DNA of 64,000 bases from an uncultured Nitrospiraceae bacterium (lineage in GTDB: Bacteria > Nitrospirota > Thermodesulfovibrionia > Thermodesulfovibrionales > SM23-35). Numbering within the stretch: the stretch's first letter is position 1; each line of letters begins with the position of its first letter. Made by a program: the position numbers and the translations under genes. Below the pieces are notes generated by a model. That model saw only the letters and a program-made list of their open reading frames with translations, was not told the DNA's origin and did not search any database. The stretch lies in the NCBI GenBank assembly GCA_963727775.1, contig CAVSHB010000001.1, positions 224,001 to 288,000 on the forward strand. Direction: 5' to 3'. Of this stretch, positions 53,048 to 62,466 are shown piece after piece.

Positions 53048-53695
53048 CTAAGGTTTGTAATTATACTTATTTACGCCTTTCGGCAGAGAGGGTTCGAACA
53101 ATTTGTCTTCCAGTCCCGTATTGATTTTAATGTCCTTTAAAGTCATCTCTATCCTGTTCGAATAAGAATCGTTTACAGTGAATGATTTTATCGGAAACTC
53201 GCCTTCGAAAAGTTCAATCTCTATGGAGAGGATCCCTCCCATCGGCTTTTTGGGTTTAAGGAGCAGCTTCCCGTTTTTGTCGGAGACTGCGAACTCTTCC
53301 TGTATCTTCCCAAACCCGCTTAAGAGGGCGATCGGCGCCTGGCCGTAAGTGTTCCTGTCAAATTTCCCGCTGAAGACCTGTTTTTCTTTTTTCTGAAAGA
53401 TAACGATTTCGTCATTATTAATAAACACATCCTGGGCATGCTCCCCTTTATACTCCCACTTCATCTTCATCGGCATTTTTATAAAAAACTTGCCGTTAAA
53501 TGTGTCGGTACGTTTCAGGTCCTTTACGTAGCTTTTCTGAACGAAGTTTCCTTTTATGTCCTTGATGTTTTCATAAGCCTTCTGTATCTTCGCAATTTCC
53601 TCATCCGCCGACGCAGCAGCCCCAATGACGGGAAACAGTAAACAACAAGCGGCAAGTAGCGAAATAATTACAAACCTGTTTTTAAGATATTTCAT
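53048..53695 (-). CDS. lolA: Outer-membrane lipoprotein carrier protein LolA family
   Basis: Signal peptide, GNFVQK...KMKWEY, and C-terminal INTGLEDKLFEPSLPKGV. Confidence 0.82.
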   Translation of the reverse strand: MKYLKNRFVIISLLAACCLLFPVIGAAASADEEIAKIQKAYENIKDIKGNFVQKSYVKDLKRTDTFNGKFFIKMPMKMKWEYKGEHAQDVFINNDEIVIFQKKEKQVFSGKFDRNTYGQAPIALLSGFGKIQEEFAVSDKNGKLLLKPKKPMGGILSIEIELFEGEFPIKSFTVNDSYSNRIEMTLKDIKINTGLEDKLFEPSLPKGVNKYNYKP

Positions 53696-53762
53696 TTGCT
53701 CCTCTATTATGTTTTATTTTATATTTTAAACGAACCCGCCCGCAGAAAGCCAAGGTTGACCC

Positions 53763-53933
53763 TGAGCCCACTTAATTCATAAAATTTGCCGGTGCCGACA
53801 GATACAGTATTTGCGCTCATTCTCGGCCCGATACCAATTGGGCCTCCGAGGTAAATTCTTTCTTCGAAAGAATTTAAAACCGCTTAAATACTGTATCTGT
53901 CGGCAATCTTATGATATGAATAGCGTAGGTTAG
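53763..53933 (-). repeat. Dispersed structured repeat, copy 4
   Basis: Reverse complement of the 9307-9472 element, with the same long stem and core. Confidence 0.9.
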
Positions 53934-54032
53934 TTTTTTCAATAAAACTTAAAATCGCCCCCACTCCAAATCTGGAACCTGAGCAAGAAAGTCCTTGTTG
54001 ATTAAACCTTAGCCTGCATTTTATAGTTTTGG

Positions 54033-54842
54033 ATGACGGATACCTGGCGTTTTATTGACAGCGGGCCTTGCTCTGCTGCTTACAATATGGCACTGGATGA
54101 AGCGGTTGCCCATGCCGTGAGAAAAGAAAGCGCACCTCCGACATTGAGGTTTTACGGATGGGATGTGCCGTCAGTAAGCATCGGATGTTTTCAGAAGGCG
54201 CATGATATCGATACAATTTTCTGCCGGGAAAACCGTATCCCTTTGGTCAGAAGGATGACAGGCGGACGTGCTGTCCTGCATTACCATGAACTCACCTATA
54301 GTTTTTCAGTAAAAACAGCGTCGGGACCGTTCTCGCAGGGATTGCTTGACAGCTATAAAAAAATCAGCTCTGCATTCGGACTTGCATTATTAAAAACGGG
54401 GATTTCGCCGGAATTAAAATTGCAAAGAGAGGCCGGCCATTGTTCCTCTGCAACGCGACAACCGAGAAGTCCGTCATGTTTTCAGTCAACATCATACGGA
54501 GAAATCTCCGTGAATAGCATAAAAATTATAGGCTCCGCACAAAAGCGCTGGCCCGACGGTCTGCTCCAGCAAGGTTCCATCCCTCTTAGCCAGGATGAAA
54601 ATGCGATGGCTGCGATATTCAGACTCGGTTCAAAGAATGACACCAGAAAGTCTTCTGTCGGGTTGACAGAGATAGTCCCTGAATTAGACATCGATTCAAT
54701 TAAAGATTCCATCAGGATTTCTTTTGAAGAGACGTTTAATGCAAAATTTACTTTTTCAGTTCCGTCAAAAGAAGAAATTGTATTTGCCCGGGAACTCGAA
54801 GCCCAAAAATATCTTTCCCCCCGGTGGACCTTCAAAAGATAG
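54033..54842 (+). CDS. Lipoate-protein ligase A family (LipM/LplA-like)
   Basis: NMALDEA, PTLRFYGW, VRRMTGGRAVLH and KIIGSAQ. Confidence 0.9.
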   Translation: MTDTWRFIDSGPCSAAYNMALDEAVAHAVRKESAPPTLRFYGWDVPSVSIGCFQKAHDIDTIFCRENRIPLVRRMTGGRAVLHYHELTYSFSVKTASGPFSQGLLDSYKKISSAFGLALLKTGISPELKLQREAGHCSSATRQPRSPSCFQSTSYGEISVNSIKIIGSAQKRWPDGLLQQGSIPLSQDENAMAAIFRLGSKNDTRKSSVGLTEIVPELDIDSIKDSIRISFEETFNAKFTFSVPSKEEIVFARELEAQKYLSPRWTFKR

Positions 54843-54873
54843 ACATAAATTATTTGATGGTATAATTGAAACT

Positions 54874-55767
54874 ATGTACATTTATTTAAACGGTAAGATT
54901 GTCCCTTCAAAAGACGCCGTAGTTTCTGTTTTTGATCACGGCTTCCTTTACGGAGACGGTATCTATGAGACTATGAGGAGCTACGATGGCGTTATATTTA
55001 AGCTTGACGAACATCTTAAGAGGCTTTATCGTTCCGCGTCTCTGATAGGACTTGCCATGCCCTCCGGCGCAGACGCCATAAAAATTTCTATTTATGAGAC
55101 GCTCATGGCCAACTCTCTCAGTAATGCCTATATAAGGTTGACTATCTCAAGGGGACGCGGACCTATAGGCCTCGATCCGGACTTATGTCCCGAGCCTACA
55201 ATAGTGATGATAGCGCAGGAACTGAAGGCATACCCGCAGGCATATTACAAAAACGGGCTTGCCCTCATTATTTCCAAAACAAGGAGGAACCTCGCAACGG
55301 CAATAAACCCGAATATAAAATCGCTGAATTTCCTCAACAATATCCTCGCGAAGATAGAGGCAAAAAACAAAGGAGCGTATGAAGCTCTGATGCTGAACGC
55401 ATCGGGAAAGCTTACTGAAGGCACTATCAGTAACGTGTTTTTTTATAAAAGCGGCGTTCTCTATACTCCATCCGTTGACTGCGGAATTCTCGACGGGATA
55501 ACAAGGGGAGTTATCATTGACCTCGCCGGCAAAGAAGATATCAAGGTAAAAGAAGGCAAGTTTACAAAAAACGATGTCTATTCCGCAGAAGAGGTTTTTA
55601 TCACGAATACGACCATGGAGGTCATGCCGGCCTCAAAGGTCGACGATCAGAGATATGCTGTCGGCACAACAGCAAAATTACTTCGCAAGCTATACATGCG
55701 GGAAGTAGCTGCATACGTCGCAAATACGAAGGCACAAGGCCCTTCAATCTGGGGAGAAATGGAATAG
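54874..55767 (+). CDS. PLP-dependent class IV aminotransferase (IlvE/PabC-like)
   Basis: DHGFLYGDGIYET, IKSLNFLNN, EGTISNVF, LDGITR and AEEVFITNT. Confidence 0.92.
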   Translation: MYIYLNGKIVPSKDAVVSVFDHGFLYGDGIYETMRSYDGVIFKLDEHLKRLYRSASLIGLAMPSGADAIKISIYETLMANSLSNAYIRLTISRGRGPIGLDPDLCPEPTIVMIAQELKAYPQAYYKNGLALIISKTRRNLATAINPNIKSLNFLNNILAKIEAKNKGAYEALMLNASGKLTEGTISNVFFYKSGVLYTPSVDCGILDGITRGVIIDLAGKEDIKVKEGKFTKNDVYSAEEVFITNTTMEVMPASKVDDQRYAVGTTAKLLRKLYMREVAAYVANTKAQGPSIWGEME

Positions 55768-56272
55768 CCCTGTCCTTGCCGCAGCTGGATTTTGCCGTGC
55801 TTATAGTTTCTTTCTCACCACACCAATGTCGATGTCCTGAACCTGTTTCTTTCCGTTTCTACTCCTCTGAATCGGGAAATCAGCGCTGACGTTAAATTCT
55901 CCCTAAAACACACGCAGAGAACATTCTCCCCCAAAATGAAGCATTCAACCCGAAATTAAGAATCCCTTCTCCAAGACTTCGTTCAGAAGTTTGCAACGAC
56001 GATTTTTCCGCAAGAGCGTCAACTTCACTTTACAATCAATACGCAGCAATCTGCTATCCTATCTTTTTTCAAAGATAAATTTTCTCGGGTTTGCCAGTGG
56101 TTACTTTGATACATACGCAAAGTAATCATATGACTGTACTGGTTATTCCGATCGGAAGACTTCCGCACTGTGTCTTATGTTTGTCAGATATGGGAGGCTT
56201 TTTAGGCCCGTCGCAGATGTGTAAAGATCAATAGATATCTCACCGAAGTCTTCTTAAACGAGCTCTTTCTTC

Positions 56273-56322
56273 TTTACGAAATCTTTATACTTTTAGGCCT
56301 ATTCTTTATACCTATTTTACAC
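56273..56322 (+). promoter_or_regulatory. KdpE-type binding sites
   Basis: TTTATAC-ctat-TTTACAC (56305-56322) closely matches the E. coli KdpE site. A second 11-nt-spaced pair is at 56273/56284. Confidence 0.7.
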
Positions 56323-56424
56323 ATCTTTTTGATAATCTGGAGTGATGGAGGCAGACAAGAATGGATGGGTATATCTTTTGTGGTTCTTGGGTACCGGACT
56401 GCTGTGAAGCTCTTGAACGCATAA

Positions 56425-56982
56425 ATGACAGAAATGAATAAATTGATTCACTCACAATCTTTGCAGTCCCTTTTCAGTGTGACTGGCGAATCGCAAGCAG
56501 CCGTTACGAAACACCCGTTACTTTATGAGACGGCTCCTGATGCGAAAGGTGGTTTTGTAGTAATCCCTGTCGCAGATGTGGACCAATTGTCGATGAACGC
56601 AATTAGTTATACAAAACTTCTTGGCGGTGAAATTGTTGCCGTCCACATACTTCTTAATCCTTCGGATAGGGATAAGATGGAATACCGGTGGAAATTACAA
56701 AATATGGATATTCCTCTTTATATCGTTGAATCACCCCACAGCTCTATCATTGAGCCGCTCATGACCTATGTCGATGCAATACATCGTCGCCATAACGAAA
56801 GTACCGTCACTATAGTATTGCCTGTGCTTATCACGCTGAAATGGTGGCATCGCTATCTGCACAACCAGACAGTACGATTAATAGAAAGGGCTTTTCAACG
56901 AGAGACAGGAGTGACAACCGTACGCGTTCCGTTTTTCTTAGAAAAAAGAAAAAATGAAACGCGATATTGTAAACGGGGATGA
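56425..56982 (+). CDS. Stand-alone cytosolic C-terminal domain of a KimA/YdaO-type K+ transporter
   Basis: VVIPV...AISY...AVHI...W...IVESPHSSIIEPL..Y...VTIVLP...WWHRYLHNQT...VPF, with no TM segments. Confidence 0.7.
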   Translation: MTEMNKLIHSQSLQSLFSVTGESQAAVTKHPLLYETAPDAKGGFVVIPVADVDQLSMNAISYTKLLGGEIVAVHILLNPSDRDKMEYRWKLQNMDIPLYIVESPHSSIIEPLMTYVDAIHRRHNESTVTIVLPVLITLKWWHRYLHNQTVRLIERAFQRETGVTTVRVPFFLEKRKNETRYCKRG

Positions 56983-57063
56983 AACGACCTATGCTTTGTC
57001 TTAAAAGGACTGGAAAAGTGACCGATTTTTTTCTTATCTCATCTTTAAAAAGGAGGACGCACA

Positions 57064-57159
57064 ATGAACCTTATAATCTGGTTGCCGGCAATGTTTTTTC
57101 TGGGAATTGGTGCAATGACACTATGTTATCTCTTCATAAAAGCTTGCGAGAAAATATAA
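57064..57159 (+). CDS. 31-aa membrane peptide upstream of kdpF
   Basis: MNLIIWLPAMFFLGIGAMTLCYLFIKACEKI with a strong AGGAGG SD. Confidence 0.7.
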   Translation: MNLIIWLPAMFFLGIGAMTLCYLFIKACEKI

Positions 57160-57175
57160 AAGCGAGGTGATGTCA

Positions 57176-57259
57176 ATGCTGATCTATCTGACAGTAGCTG
57201 TTGTGGTGTTCCTGTTCATTTACCTGTTTCTGGCCCTGATCCGGCCGGAATGGTTCTAA
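57176..57259 (+). CDS. kdpF: K+-transporting ATPase subunit F
   Basis: MLIYLTVAVVVFLFIYLFLALIRPEWF (YL..AL.RPE.F motif); GAGGTG SD. Confidence 0.9.
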   Translation: MLIYLTVAVVVFLFIYLFLALIRPEWF

Positions 57260-57305
57260 CAGGGACGTCAATGAAAACCGAAATACTTATTAAAGGAGCT
57301 AAATA

Positions 57306-59135
57306 ATGTTTATGCAAACCTGGTTTCTTCCCATATCGCTTCTGATAGTTGGGAGCTTGATCGCGTTCCCTTTAAGTCGCTACCTGGCGTGGATCATGGA
57401 AGGAAAGTACCGGCCCTTGCCGGTCTTTGGGTGGTTCGAAAAACGCCTGGACAGTGGCCCCCAAAACTGGAGGCAGTACGCCGGCTCTTTGCTCGTCTTC
57501 AACACCTTGCTGTTTGTCTTCGGCTTTCTTGTGCTGGCGCTTCAGCAATGGACGCCTCTGAATCCTGACGGCAAGGTGATGCTTGCCCCAAGTACGATTT
57601 TTAACAGCGTAATCTCATTCATGACGAACACGAATCTCCAGCACTATTCCGGGGACCAACATTTATCCAACTTCAGCCAGATTTTCTTTTGCATCTCCAA
57701 TATGTTTATATCGGCCTCTATCGGCTTCTGCGCGCTGGTGGCGATCATCCGGGCCCTGCGCGGGGAATCCGCCCTCGGCAACTTCTTCGTAGACATGTGG
57801 CGGGTAATAGTCTATATGTTTGTGCCCATTGCCTTTGTCATAGCCCTCTTTTTCCTGGTGCAAGGCAGCCCGATGACTTTAAAGAGCTCTTATCAGGTTT
57901 CGACTCTCGAACCTGCGGCCATGGGAACAACTGACAAGGGCGAAGTGAAGAAGCAGAACATCGTAGTCGGGCCGGTGGCCGCCCTTGAGTCCATCAAGAT
58001 GTTAGGGACGAACGGCGGCGGATTTTACGGCATGAACTCAGCTCATCCTTTCGAAAATCCCACAGCATTGACGAACTTTGTAAACATTTTGTCGATGATG
58101 CTGTTTCCATTCTCTCTCGTGTTGATGTACGGACGGATGCTCGGCCGATTGCGGCACGGCATCGTCATTTTTTCGGTTATGCTGACTTTAATGGCGGGAA
58201 CAATCGCCTGGTCGGTTTACTTTGACACACTAAAACCGAACCCGGGATTGACTGCTCATCCGGGCGCCCGAACGTATGAAATCCCTATCGCGACCGCGCC
58301 TGGCGGTAAGCGGGTTGTGTCTCTGCCGGCAGTCCCCGGCTTGCCGGTGGACCAGCATCTGGGCAATCTCGAGGGCAAAGAGATGCGCTTCGGAACCTCG
58401 GCAGGTGCTACATACGCAGCAGTAACAACAGACGTGACATGCGGCGCTGTCAATACCGAAGCCGACAGCCTTAATCCCCTTGCCGCCTTATCTCCAATGG
58501 CTGGGATGTGGCTGAACTGCATCTTCGGCGGCAAAGGTGTGGGGATGATCAACATGTTGCTGTACCTGATAATCGGAATCTTCTTGGCCGGCCAGATGGT
58601 GGGGCGAACACCAGAATATCTGGGCAGGAAAATCGGGGCGCGCGAGATGAAACTGGCCACTATTGCACTGCTGGTCCATCCAATGCTGATCCTGATGCCC
58701 ACCGGTCTCTTCGCAGCAACGGACTGGGGAATGAAGGCCGTGAGCAATCCCGGGGCGCATGGTTTTTCACAAATGCTCTACCAGTTCTCCTCGGCCTCCG
58801 CAAATAACGGCTCTGCCTTCGACGGATTAGGGGTGACCTACGGTTTCTACAACAGCACAAGTCCTGCGCCGATGGCGGTTGCGTGGGATATTGCGACCGG
58901 TCTGGTGATGCTCTTCAGCCGTTTTCTTCCGATTGTCGCGCCGATCGCTATGGCAGCCTCTCTCGGAGCGAAGAAGGCGAGCCCCTTTGGTTTAGGGACC
59001 CTTCGGGATGACAGCCCCACCTTCGCCTTCCTCTTGATGGCAACAATTCTCATCATCGGAGCATTACTTTTCCTCCCGGTTGCCGCGCTTGGACCGATTG
59101 CCGAGCACTTTGGGCCGATCCCTTTCGGCGGCTGA
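57306..59135 (+). CDS. kdpA: K+-transporting ATPase subunit A
   Basis: SFMTNTNLQHY, LGTNGGGF, NLEGKEMRFG, GRTPEYLG and SASANNGSAF. Confidence 0.96.
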   Translation: MFMQTWFLPISLLIVGSLIAFPLSRYLAWIMEGKYRPLPVFGWFEKRLDSGPQNWRQYAGSLLVFNTLLFVFGFLVLALQQWTPLNPDGKVMLAPSTIFNSVISFMTNTNLQHYSGDQHLSNFSQIFFCISNMFISASIGFCALVAIIRALRGESALGNFFVDMWRVIVYMFVPIAFVIALFFLVQGSPMTLKSSYQVSTLEPAAMGTTDKGEVKKQNIVVGPVAALESIKMLGTNGGGFYGMNSAHPFENPTALTNFVNILSMMLFPFSLVLMYGRMLGRLRHGIVIFSVMLTLMAGTIAWSVYFDTLKPNPGLTAHPGARTYEIPIATAPGGKRVVSLPAVPGLPVDQHLGNLEGKEMRFGTSAGATYAAVTTDVTCGAVNTEADSLNPLAALSPMAGMWLNCIFGGKGVGMINMLLYLIIGIFLAGQMVGRTPEYLGRKIGAREMKLATIALLVHPMLILMPTGLFAATDWGMKAVSNPGAHGFSQMLYQFSSASANNGSAFDGLGVTYGFYNSTSPAPMAVAWDIATGLVMLFSRFLPIVAPIAMAASLGAKKASPFGLGTLRDDSPTFAFLLMATILIIGALLFLPVAALGPIAEHFGPIPFGG

Positions 59136-59207
59136 GGTAGACTTATTGCGCTATGAAAACTACTGAACTTATCAAGAAAGAATTCGAAAACAATAAAGGA
59201 GTGAGAC

Positions 59208-61370
59208 ATGAATTATGTATCGGCTGTCACGGAAGCAATTCCGGAAAAGAGTCAGCCTTCAGGACTGCCGAAGCCGCCGAAACGTATAAAAGGACGGCGA
59301 CTGCTAGAGAAAGAAACAACGGTGGCGGCATTGAAGCAGGCTTTCGTTATGCTCAGGCCAGACATCCAGTGGAACAATCCCGTGATGTTTGTGGTCGAGG
59401 TCGGCGCGTTTTTGACGTTGTTCTTTATTATTAAGGCTGCATGGGGTGGCGCCGCGAGCCAGGTGCCGATAGGCTATTTTATCGCCCTTGACGTGTGGCT
59501 TTTCCTGACCGTTCTGTTTGCGAACTTCGCAACCGCGCTTGCCGAGGCCCGGGGTAAAGCCCAGGCAGACTCGTTGAGACGGGCCCGTCACGACACGGTA
59601 GCGTACCGTTATAATGCCTCGGGCGACATCGAGGAAGTTTCCTCAAATGTCTTGAAGCCGGGTGATAAGGTTGTCGTAGAGGCAGGGCAGATGATCCCCA
59701 GCGACGGAGAGATCATCGAAGGCGTCGCTTCTATTAATGAGGCTGCAATTACAGGCGAGTCGGCGCCGGTCATTCGTGAATCGGGCGGCGACAGGTCCGG
59801 TGTAACAGGGGGCACCGTTGTACTCTCCGACCGGATCGTAGTCCGGATCACCAGCGGCGCGGGCGACACATTCCTAGACCGGATGATAGCCCTGGTTGAG
59901 GGCGCAATTCGTCAAAGGACACCGAACGAGATTGCGCTCACACTGGTTCTTTCGGCCCTGACGCTGGTTTTCCTGATCGTGGTGACTCCCCTCTGGGCAA
60001 TGGCCTGGAACGCCGAGCAATACATGATGGGCTTCCTCGGTATCCAGGAACCCTTGAAGAGTCTCGGCACGGATGTCCCGACTCTTATTGCGCTCCTCGT
60101 ATGTCTTATCCCGACAACTATCGGCGCTTTGCTTGCAGCCATTGGGATTGCAGGTATGGACCGTGCCCTTCAGGCCAACATTATCGCCAAGAGCGGTAAG
60201 GCCGTGGAGCTAGCCGGTGATATAGATACTGTGCTGCTGGACAAAACAGGCACGATTACGATAGGAAACCGCAATGCGACAAAGTTCCTTCCGATAGGAA
60301 AATATTCAGCGGGTGACTTGGGCCGGATAGCTGCTATGGCCTCGGCCGCCGATGAGACTCCAGAGGGTAAAAGCATCGTGAAGTTGTTCGAGAAGCAAAG
60401 CGCTGGCGCTCAGGTCACCGTGCCGACAGATGCCAAATTTATACCTTTTTCAGCGCAAACCCGCATGAGCGGTGTTGATCTTGCAGATGGCCGACGGCTA
60501 CGAAAAGGGGCGCCGGACGCTGTCATCAAATTCATCTCAGCCAATCAGGGCAGTGTGCCGGGTGACCTAGAAGGGTTGGTCCATTCTGTAGCAACCGAAG
60601 GCGCAACCCCGCTCGTCGTCTCTGAGGACGCCCGCATTTTGGGTGTAATCGTTCTTGAGGATATTTTGAAACCCAACATGCATGCCCGGTTCGATCGGCT
60701 GAGGAAGATGGGGCTGAGGACTGTCATGATTACCGGCGACAATCCTCTTACGGCTGCGACCATAGCCGCAAAAGCGGGAGTTGATGATTTTCTCGCCGAG
60801 GCCACGCCTGAGAACAAGCTCGCTTTCATACGGAAGGAACAAACAGGAGGGAAGTTAGTGGCTATGATGGGCGACGGCACAAACGATGCGCCGGCTTTGG
60901 CCCAGGCAGACGTTGCTTTGGCCATGAATGCCGGCACACAGGCGGCCAAGGAAGCGGCTAACATGGTCGATCTGGACAGTGATCCCACCAAGTTGATTGA
61001 GGTCGTCGAAATCGGGAAACAATTGTTGATGACGCGCGGCTCCCTTACGACATTCTCGATCGCAAATGACGTGGCGAAATTCTTTGCAATTATACCGGCG
61101 CTCTTTGCAGGTACGCTGCCGTGGCTGGGGGCAATGGATATTATGCACCTGCATTCACCTACGTCGGCCATTCTGTCAGCCGTCATCTTCAATGCGCTCA
61201 TCATCCCGGCGCTTATCCCGATCGCGCTCAAGGGAGTTGCATATCGGGCACTCGGCGCCGAGGCATTATTGAGGAGGAACCTATTGATATGGGGGCTTGG
61301 AGGCGTGATCGTGCCCTTCATAGGCATCAAACTGATAGACATGACTATGGTTGCCTTGAGTCTGGTATAA
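59208..61370 (+). CDS. kdpB: K+-transporting ATPase subunit B
   Basis: [17 protein letters not shown] and GDGTNDAP. Confidence 0.97.
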   Translation: MNYVSAVTEAIPEKSQPSGLPKPPKRIKGRRLLEKETTVAALKQAFVMLRPDIQWNNPVMFVVEVGAFLTLFFIIKAAWGGAASQVPIGYFIALDVWLFLTVLFANFATALAEARGKAQADSLRRARHDTVAYRYNASGDIEEVSSNVLKPGDKVVVEAGQMIPSDGEIIEGVASINEAAITGESAPVIRESGGDRSGVTGGTVVLSDRIVVRITSGAGDTFLDRMIALVEGAIRQRTPNEIALTLVLSALTLVFLIVVTPLWAMAWNAEQYMMGFLGIQEPLKSLGTDVPTLIALLVCLIPTTIGALLAAIGIAGMDRALQANIIAKSGKAVELAGDIDTVLLDKTGTITIGNRNATKFLPIGKYSAGDLGRIAAMASAADETPEGKSIVKLFEKQSAGAQVTVPTDAKFIPFSAQTRMSGVDLADGRRLRKGAPDAVIKFISANQGSVPGDLEGLVHSVATEGATPLVVSEDARILGVIVLEDILKPNMHARFDRLRKMGLRTVMITGDNPLTAATIAAKAGVDDFLAEATPENKLAFIRKEQTGGKLVAMMGDGTNDAPALAQADVALAMNAGTQAAKEAANMVDLDSDPTKLIEVVEIGKQLLMTRGSLTTFSIANDVAKFFAIIPALFAGTLPWLGAMDIMHLHSPTSAILSAVIFNALIIPALIPIALKGVAYRALGAEALLRRNLLIWGLGGVIVPFIGIKLIDMTMVALSLV

Positions 61371-61385
61371 CCAATTAAGGAGGAC

Positions 61386-62411
61386 ATGAATATGTCGAAA
61401 TATATTTCGAAAAGCATCTTGCTCTTGGCCCTTGCAGTGGTAATCTGCTGCATCCTTTATCCCCTTGCCTTATGGGCGATCGGGCAGGCTGTCTTTCCAT
61501 TCCAGGCCAACGGAAGCCTGGTGAAAGGCCCCGACGGCGCCATCGTCGGATCACGGCTCATTGCGCAGCCGTTTACCAAGGACGAGTACTTTCAGCCCCG
61601 TCCTTCCACGCCGTCGTTCGATGCGTCCGCATCGGCCTCGTCGTCCCTGGCCGCTTCGAACTACGCCCTACGCGACAGGGTAGCTCGTTCGCTAGGACCG
61701 ATTGTGACCTATCGGAGTGGGACTAAGGCCGAAAAGGCCGTGGCTCCAGATGTCGAGCAGTGGTTCCAGAAGGATATATACCAGGGGAACCCGCACATCG
61801 TCGCCCAGTGGGCCGACGTACACAACTCTCTTGCCCAGGCATGGGTCAATGCCGACCCGACACACGGCACGTATGTGGACAATTGGGCGAAAGCGCATCC
61901 GGCAGTGGTAGTGCAGTTCATTAAAGATAATCCTGGTACGCCGCAGCCCAAAGCTGCTGATCTGGCGATCGTGTTCTTTAAGAAATTCTCCGAGGAAAAC
62001 CCCGGAAAATTCCCTTCGGCTGTGACGCACAAAGGAGCGAACGGGAAGGACCAAACGAGCATTGAGCCGGTCAAGGAGGGTTCTGACGTTCAGACGACCT
62101 TTTTTGCTATGTGGAGAGAGGACCATCCCGATGCCGACCTTGAGGATGTTCCCGGCGACATGGTCACCGCTTCAGGTTCCGGGCTCGATCCTCATATTAC
62201 TTTGCAAAACGCCGAGTTTCAACTGGAGCGGGTCGCATCGAAATGGGCGGCTAACCTGAAACGTGAGCCATCGGCAGTTCGAAAAGAGATCGAACAGATA
62301 TTACAGAAGAATGCATCCGCCCCGTTTGGAGGACTCGTAGGTGAGAAGGTCGTCAACGTGCTGGAAGTCAATCTCGAACTTCGCAAGCTCTACGGAGCAC
62401 CGTCGTCATAG
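61386..62411 (+). CDS. kdpC: K+-transporting ATPase subunit C, long form
   Basis: FPFQANGSL, GSRLIAQPF...YFQPRPS, VTASGSGLDPHI and VNVLEVNL, with a large central insertion. Confidence 0.9.
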   Translation: MNMSKYISKSILLLALAVVICCILYPLALWAIGQAVFPFQANGSLVKGPDGAIVGSRLIAQPFTKDEYFQPRPSTPSFDASASASSSLAASNYALRDRVARSLGPIVTYRSGTKAEKAVAPDVEQWFQKDIYQGNPHIVAQWADVHNSLAQAWVNADPTHGTYVDNWAKAHPAVVVQFIKDNPGTPQPKAADLAIVFFKKFSEENPGKFPSAVTHKGANGKDQTSIEPVKEGSDVQTTFFAMWREDHPDADLEDVPGDMVTASGSGLDPHITLQNAEFQLERVASKWAANLKREPSAVRKEIEQILQKNASAPFGGLVGEKVVNVLEVNLELRKLYGAPSS

Positions 62412-62466
62412 ATGCACAACGACGGAGAGGACAATGTATCCATTGATTAATTAAAAGGAGGGAAGG

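Noticed and set aside
55800..56420. c-di-AMP (ydaO) riboswitch upstream of the kdp region
   Set aside because: The characteristic conserved segments were not found; only KdpE-like direct repeats are supported.
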